From the NCBI GenBank assembly GCA_951406725.2, contig OX597827.1:82460001-82524000 (forward strand): a stretch of DNA of 64,000 nt, written 5' to 3'. Position 1 is the stretch's first letter. Each line of letters begins with the position of its first letter. This document shows, one piece after another, positions 56,461 through 64,000 of this stretch. The DNA comes from Octopus vulgaris (taxonomy: Eukaryota). The notes under the pieces were generated by a model, which saw only the letters and a list, made by a program, of their open reading frames with translations, was not told the DNA's origin and did not search any database. Position numbers and translations under genes: made by a program.

Positions 56461-56696
56461 AAAACAACTTAAGCTGAAGTTTCCACATTTAAAACAAAGT
56501 TGATGGCCTGCATGGCATGACTCCTGTATCGCATGACTTTCCATATTAGTATAGACTAAATAGAAGAAGAGACATGTGGTATGAAGAGGCACTGAAGAGG
56601 TTACAGGATGTGTGAGGAAAGAGGACATCAAAATAGATGAAAGACTTCAAAATAAGATTAAAGCTGAAGTGAAGATCATGTAGGTACATACATATA

Positions 56697-56732
<36 letters not shown>

Positions 56733-56902
56733 TATATGTATATGTATCCAGGTATGTTGGTGCAAACAGGAAAACAGAACTGAAAATATTTTTACTAATG
56801 TTTAGCAGAAGTAACAGAGTGACTCAAGGACCAAGAGTTTTGTGCATTGCTATTATAGAAGCATATCCATATACATATATATATATATAGAGAGAGAGAA
56901 AT

Positions 56903-56940
<38 letters not shown>

Positions 56941-57022
56941 CTATATATTTGTGTATAGGCGCAGGAGTGGCTGTGCGGTAAGTAGCTTGCTAACCAACCA
57001 CATGGTTCCTTATATATATATA

Positions 57023-57423
57023 CTCTGTTACTTGTTTCAGTCATTTGACTGTGGCCATGCTGGAGCACTGCCTTTAGTCGAGCAAATTGACCTCGGGACT
57101 TATTCTTTGTAAGCCCAGTACTTATTCTATCGATCTCTTTTGCCGAACCGCTAAGTGACGGGGACGTAAACACACCAGCATCGGTTGTCAAGCAATGGTA
57201 GGGGGACAAACACACACACACAAACACACACACATACACATATATATATATACATATATACGACAGTCTTCTTTCGGTTTCCGTCTACTAAATCCACTCA
57301 CAAGGCATTGGTCGGCCCGGGGCTATAGCAGAAGACACTTGCCCAAGATGCCACACAGTGGGACTGAACCTGGTACCATGTGGTTGGTTAGCAAGCTACT
57401 TACCACACAGCCACGCCTGCGCC
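57023..57423 (-). mobile_element. SINE family A, full length
   Basis: Reverse complement of 11017-11446 along its length; many CpGs retained. Confidence 0.92.
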
Positions 57424-57440
57424 TATACACAAATATATAG

Positions 57441-57563
<123 letters not shown>

Positions 57564-57967
57564 TTATATATGTATATATATTCATATATGTGTGAATATG
57601 TACACACACACATACATAAACACACACATATATAGACATGCATTTAAATACCATACACTAATAAAACATGCAAATACACAGATAATTGTATACTCATAAT
57701 CACACTTTTAGGTACATGTATAGATATATGTATACGCAAATAGACACAGGTATACTTATATACACACGTGCATATATGAGTATATACACATCATATTCAT
57801 CACAATATACACATTACATACATTTCACCCATAAACATATATTTGCACACATGCACACAAAGATATATACACTGACAGACGCATACACATGCAAATGCAC
57901 ACACACATATACATACCATTCTATACATATAATTCTACACACACAAAAGCCATATTAACAAGCAAAT

Positions 57968-57970
57968 AAC

Positions 57971-58029
<59 letters not shown>

Positions 58030-58051
58030 TGATGATGATGATGATGATGAT

Positions 58052-58107
<56 letters not shown>

Positions 58108-58180
58108 GAAGAAGAAGAAGAAGAATAAGAATAGGAAGAAGAAGAAGAAGAAGAAGAACAACAACAACAACAGCAACAAT
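57968..58180. repeat. Compound microsatellite (AAT)n(GAT)n(AAT)n(AAG)n(AAC)n
   Basis: Direct reading. Confidence 0.95.
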
Positions 58181-58355
58181 AAGACCAGCATCAATGAGAG
58201 CAGTAATTGTTATTTATCAAATGCTCGTCTGGGTTCCATTTCAGACAAGTTTTTCACAACTTTTGCTCTGAGATCAGTCATTGTCCAATATGATTATATT
58301 CAGCACACTGTTGGGGTGCATGTGTGAGGGTGTATATAAATGCGTGTGCATGTAC

Positions 58356-58393
<38 letters not shown>

Positions 58394-58660
58394 CACACAC
58401 ACACATACATATATACATATATATATATATATGTATGTATATATATATATATATATATACATACTCACACACACATATATATACACATGTATATATGTAT
58501 AATTATGTGTATATAAGTACACATATATGTATGTATGTATATATGTATATATATATATGCATATATATATACATATAATATATAATATACATATATAGAT
58601 ATATACAAATTTATATATACATATTATATATATATATACATATATAATATATATAAATTT

Positions 58661-58691
<31 letters not shown>

Positions 58692-58700
58692 GATATATAG

Positions 58701-58739
<39 letters not shown>

Positions 58740-58856
58740 ATATAATATATATATGTATATATGTATGCATACATACGTATATATGTATGCATACATACAT
58801 ATGTATATATACACTCATATATACATAAATGCATGCATATATGTTTGTATATATAT

Positions 58857-58898
<42 letters not shown>

Positions 58899-60120
58899 GC
58901 ATATATATTTAGGCACATGCATAAAAATCTACTTAAATACACTAACACACACACGTACTCATATGCAAGAAATTCTGTGATTGTTTTAAAAAGCAATCCA
59001 TCAAGCGTGACAAACATAATGCTTTGGTCATTTGCTCTCCATCATTTTTTGTTTTGTTTCAACTTAATTTGCCACATTGGAAACTGGCATTTCATGTTGT
59101 GAGTTGTTGTAGTTGTTGTTGGTATTGTTGCTGTTGTTAGTTTCTGTATGTAGTGTTACGGGTGAAGAATGATGTGACATAAAATTCCATTGAAATAAAA
59201 AAAAAATGCATTGTGGTGGTGGTGGTGGTGGCGGCGGTGGCAGTGGCGGTGGTGGTAGTGGTGGGGATGGTGGTGGTGGTGGTGGTGCTACTGCTGCTGG
59301 TTTTGGTAGGTGGTTGTGGTGATGGTGGTGGTGATGGTGTTGGTGGTGGTGTTGGTGATGGCATCTGTTTAAGATTTGCTTCCGTTCTCCCAGTTCTCTG
59401 CTGCTTGTCTCTACTCCTTCTTCTGTGATGGTCAATAAATTTGGTTGGAAACATTTACAAGATGAGAAGAAGAAATCATTTCTATACAACGATGATTCAT
59501 TGTTAGATTAATTTTGTAGCGAGTGTTTGTGTATGTGTGTGTGTGTCTGTTTGAAGCATCTATCTACCTATCTTTATATCTCTCTCTCTCTCTCTCTCTC
59601 TCTCTATGTATGTATATATATGTGTGTGTGTGTTGGGGCTGGTCCCATTTGCATACACACAATACCACTCTACCGAATTAACATTAAAACCCTGTTTTAA
59701 ACACTAAAATATAACCACCCACCCACCCTGCCACCCACTCCTCAGAAGCCACATGGCTTAGTGAGGGAGTTTCTACACAGCTTGCCTGACCTGCTAAATG
59801 ATGGACTCAAACATCCACCATCGGAAAATTTTGCATGTTTTTTAATACAAGAAACTCTTGTTTTTGCAAGGAAGGTTTTCTCTAAGAATTCTGTTTGGAT
59901 GGAAAGTTCATTTCACATCCCTGGGATCCTGGGTTCAATCATCTGTTGTGAACTTGTATCTGCCATCATAAACATTTGTGATATTGTTTGACGAATATAT
60001 ACTGTGTCAATACTGATTGTATGTAGGTGTATATATATTGTATATCTATCTGCATATAGGTTTATATATATATATATATATATACTCTCACACTCTATTA
60101 GAACATTTGCAATATATGTA

Positions 60121-60179
<59 letters not shown>

Positions 60180-60570
60180 GTGTGTGTGTTTGTGTGTGTA
60201 TATACACATAGGTTGAATTGTAAAGAGACCATCTTTACTATTTTGTACTATTTTCATTTGTTATATAACTATGTAGCTAACTTTATATTGAATTAAATGA
60301 AATTAAATGTCCTTGTCCTGCATTGCCTACTTGTTTGTCTTTCCTCACTGCTTTAACCTATAAATACAGGCTCAAAGGGATGTCACCTCTAGCCGTTTTT
60401 CAACAATTCAATCACACAACCACAATCACAACTGTGGTTCTAACTGGAATATTGGTGACACATCTACTTGAGCACTCAGAGCTCAAACCTGTTAGTTTGA
60501 GTTATCCTGATGAAAACTCCTCATATTCTCTGTCTCTCCATCTCTCTCTGTCTCTCTCCGTCTTTGTCAC

Positions 60571-60631
<61 letters not shown>

Positions 60632-61443
60632 CAAGATGCTGTGAATAAACTGTCATCTAATTTATGCAAAAATGAAAATAACACTGGCATCTCATTTTAG
60701 CAGATATATTTACCAAAATTACATAAAAATATCTTGAAATACTAAAGAGTAAATTTATTCAATAAAATCGCCATTGGCTTCAACCACGGTCTCCAAACAA
60801 TTTTGCAATCTCCTTTAACTCTTCTGAACGGTCTCCTTGTTTAAGTTGGTGAATGCTGCCATAATCCTTGCCTTCAGTTCATCTTTGGTGTTACAAGGAG
60901 TTTTGTTGGTCTCTCACTCAACTGCACCCCATACATAATAATCGAGGGGGTTGCAGTCTGACAGCCATGACTGGATTCTTCTATTTGTGTGGCAGGGTGC
61001 AGAATCCTGTTGCCAGGCAAGGGTCTTCCAGCAGCTACCTTGTTGACCCAGGGCAGCTGTACCTCCTCCAGGCACTTATTGTAGGCCTCTGTGTTGAGTA
61101 TAGAAGCATAGCATTGCTGTCACTAGTGATTATTCCAGACACCATGATGTTGACTGGATGTTTGATTTTTATCACTCCCACTACATGTCCTCAGATTGCA
61201 CTGTCCGCAGATCGACACTCATACACTCTGAAATGTTCCTATTGAAGCTTTCAGCATGAATGCCAAGTAGTACAGTATGTCATTTCCAAATTTCTGGCAG
61301 AGTGAATTGTGTCATGGTGCTGTTTTTCTCACAAGACGGTGCCCAACTGACCCTACTATATTGTGTAGTTGACAAAATCAAAAACAATGTGCATGCATGA
61401 AATGAAAAATATAAAAAGGTGACAATTTACCCATCGCACCCTG
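60632..61443 (-). mobile_element. Internally deleted maT-like Tc1/mariner element, copy 2
   Basis: Collinear with 33298-34081; terminal GGTGACAATTTACCCATCGCACCCTG followed by TA. Confidence 0.88.
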
Positions 61444-61813
61444 TATATATATATAGATAGATATCAAAGTTGTGTGTGTGTATGTATTGCTGTAATATAA
61501 TTGACATGAAGCCTCATATATATTTAAATGGTTTTAATTTTTGTTTTTCAGCCAAAACAATGCAAGTTATAAGAATTCCTGAAGAAGTGATTCTATTCCT
61601 GAAACATTGAAATACAAGGTAAATGTACAAATTGACCACCTGTAGTAGGAGTGAGATGAAATAAGATTTCATTTTCTTTAGTTACAGCTGTTTCAGAGTT
61701 CACTTTCAGATACATCATCGAAATTGATTCACAGTTACATACACAGTATATATACTTCACATACACAATACATACACTTCTCATACATATATGCATTCAT
61801 GTATATATATATA

Positions 61814-61883
<70 letters not shown>

Positions 61884-62716
61884 GCAGTTGCACAATTACA
61901 TGTACCAAACAATACAGTAAAGTGATCTACTCTTCAGATTATTTTCTGTAAGTCTTAGAGTCTGAGATGCCAAGCAATTAGGCAGCATATGGCTTTGAAT
62001 TAAAATTCTGAAATCCTAAACTGGCCCAGCTATACCTATGCTCATGTAGTCTAGATCCATATACAATAGTCTCTGCAGGATAGAAATAACAGCCAAATCC
62101 CCTCAAACCACACCTTACTGTCTCAGGAAATAGAACAGGCACACTGGATCATGTTACCTTACATACTGATAAATCGATGGGATGGTCATGGCTGGAATTG
62201 CTTAGATCTACTGAATCAGGGTTGACTTTAGAGTTCAACCACAACCACAACAGCAATACACTGGGTTATTAAAATTCATGTTCAGCATTGTAATCAGTTG
62301 CAGCAGAGTGCAGCTGGTAACATGATGTTGACAACAATGCATGGTGCATATTTGTTACACAAAAATAATCAACGAGACACACACACACACCTCCCTTACC
62401 AACTCCTTTCCCTCTCTCTCTCTCTTTCCTTTCCTCTATCTCTCTTCCTTCCTCTCCCTTCTCTCTCTCCCCTCTTTATCCTTCCAACAGCTGCATCTCT
62501 ACAGGTGATGGGCCCAGTTCTTCCATCACGAAGACTAATGTGCATGTGTATGAATGTGTAGGCGTGAATGTGTGCATGTGAGCATAAGTGTGTATGGCTG
62601 TGTGTACATATGCGTGTAAGTGCATATGTGTATGTATGCATGTAAGTGTGTATATGTATAATATATGTGCAAGTATGTATGTAGATATGTGCATAAATGT
62701 ACATGTATGTGTATCA

Positions 62717-62794
<78 letters not shown>

Positions 62795-63090
62795 ATGCGC
62801 GTGCCTATGTGCGAAGGTGGGAACCATTTCAAAATGTTCCTAAATAACTTCATTTGACTCCATTCAACTCTTTAACATCTTCCAAGGTTTTAATATTTGT
62901 GGATGGTGGAGAAAAATTTCAGGAAAACAATTTTAAAAAATTGATGGGAAAATTGGTTTTGTTTGTGTTTCGCTTTTTAATGTTATTTTTTTTCGAAACT
63001 AAAAGCTTTTAGCAGACACACACACACACACACACACACATGCATACATTATGTTTATATAAAATGTATAAATTTGTGTGTGTTTGTGTG

Positions 63091-63147
<57 letters not shown>

Positions 63148-63249
63148 TTATATGTTTATATACATATATTTAAATTCATGCATTTGCATGTATGCATTGA
63201 TGTAAATGGGAAATATGAAATATATATATATACACATATATATATATAT

Positions 63250-63310
<61 letters not shown>

Positions 63311-63463
63311 ATTATTATTCATTTAAGTATTGTTTATAAATGTATATTAATTAATGTATACACATACATATATATACTTATACATATGCATATGTATGCC
63401 TGTGAATATGCAAATAGATAAACAGACAGACAAATAGATAGATAGATATAGATAGATAGATAA

Positions 63464-63512
<49 letters not shown>

Positions 63513-64000
63513 CAGATAGGTAGATAGACAGATAGACAGACAGATAGACAGACAGAAAGACAGACAGTCTGATAGATAGATAGATAGATAGATAGATAGA
63601 CAGATAGTCAGTGAGTTAGACAGACAGATTGATACATTCACACATACATACATACATACATACATACATACATACATACATACATACATACATACACACA
63701 TACATACACACACATACCCACATACATACCCACACCCACCTGCATGTATCACACCCCAACCTGTTGTCTTCTAATTATCCACACCAGCATCAGCCATGCT
63801 AACTCAATGATGTATCACTTACAACAAACTTTGTTCAGGTGTTTCCCATTGTGGTTGATTGGTGCAGTGAGTGCATCATAACCGCTGCGTGTGAATGCAC
63901 AGTTTAGTTTCAGGTGTGCTGTTTAATACCTAATTTGATCCAGTTGACGATAACAGACACTTTTTTAACAACTTCTCTCTTATTTCTTTATATTCTCACC

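Overview
AT-rich eukaryotic, repeat-saturated non-coding DNA, intergenic or inside a very large intron. The SINE families, the Dong/R4, RTE, CR1 and Penelope relics and the extreme density of (TA)n, (CA)n, (TAA)n and (GAT)n microsatellites point to an Octopus (coleoid cephalopod) genome; this is an inference from repeat recognition. No intact protein-coding gene, tRNA, rRNA or CRISPR array is supported, and almost all listed ORFs are microsatellite translations. Recognisable content: three SINE families in many copies; decayed non-LTR retrotransposons (Dong/R4 with REL endonuclease, CR1/L2 RT, RTE, jockey/I, HERO-like 3' end, Penelope GIY-YIG); Tc1/mariner (maT and mariner), hAT, piggyBac and Tigger-like MITEs. 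The most interesting signals are (i) several distinct hammerhead-ribozyme-like motifs in Penelope-type terminal-repeat remnants, including a 200-bp palindrome with a hammerhead fold in each arm, (ii) a non-coding element that twice sits with Dong fragments in (TAA)n, (iii) four long foldback structures of different origin, and (iv) repeat-free, motif-rich islands that look like enhancers, plus AG|GT sites resembling recursive splice points.
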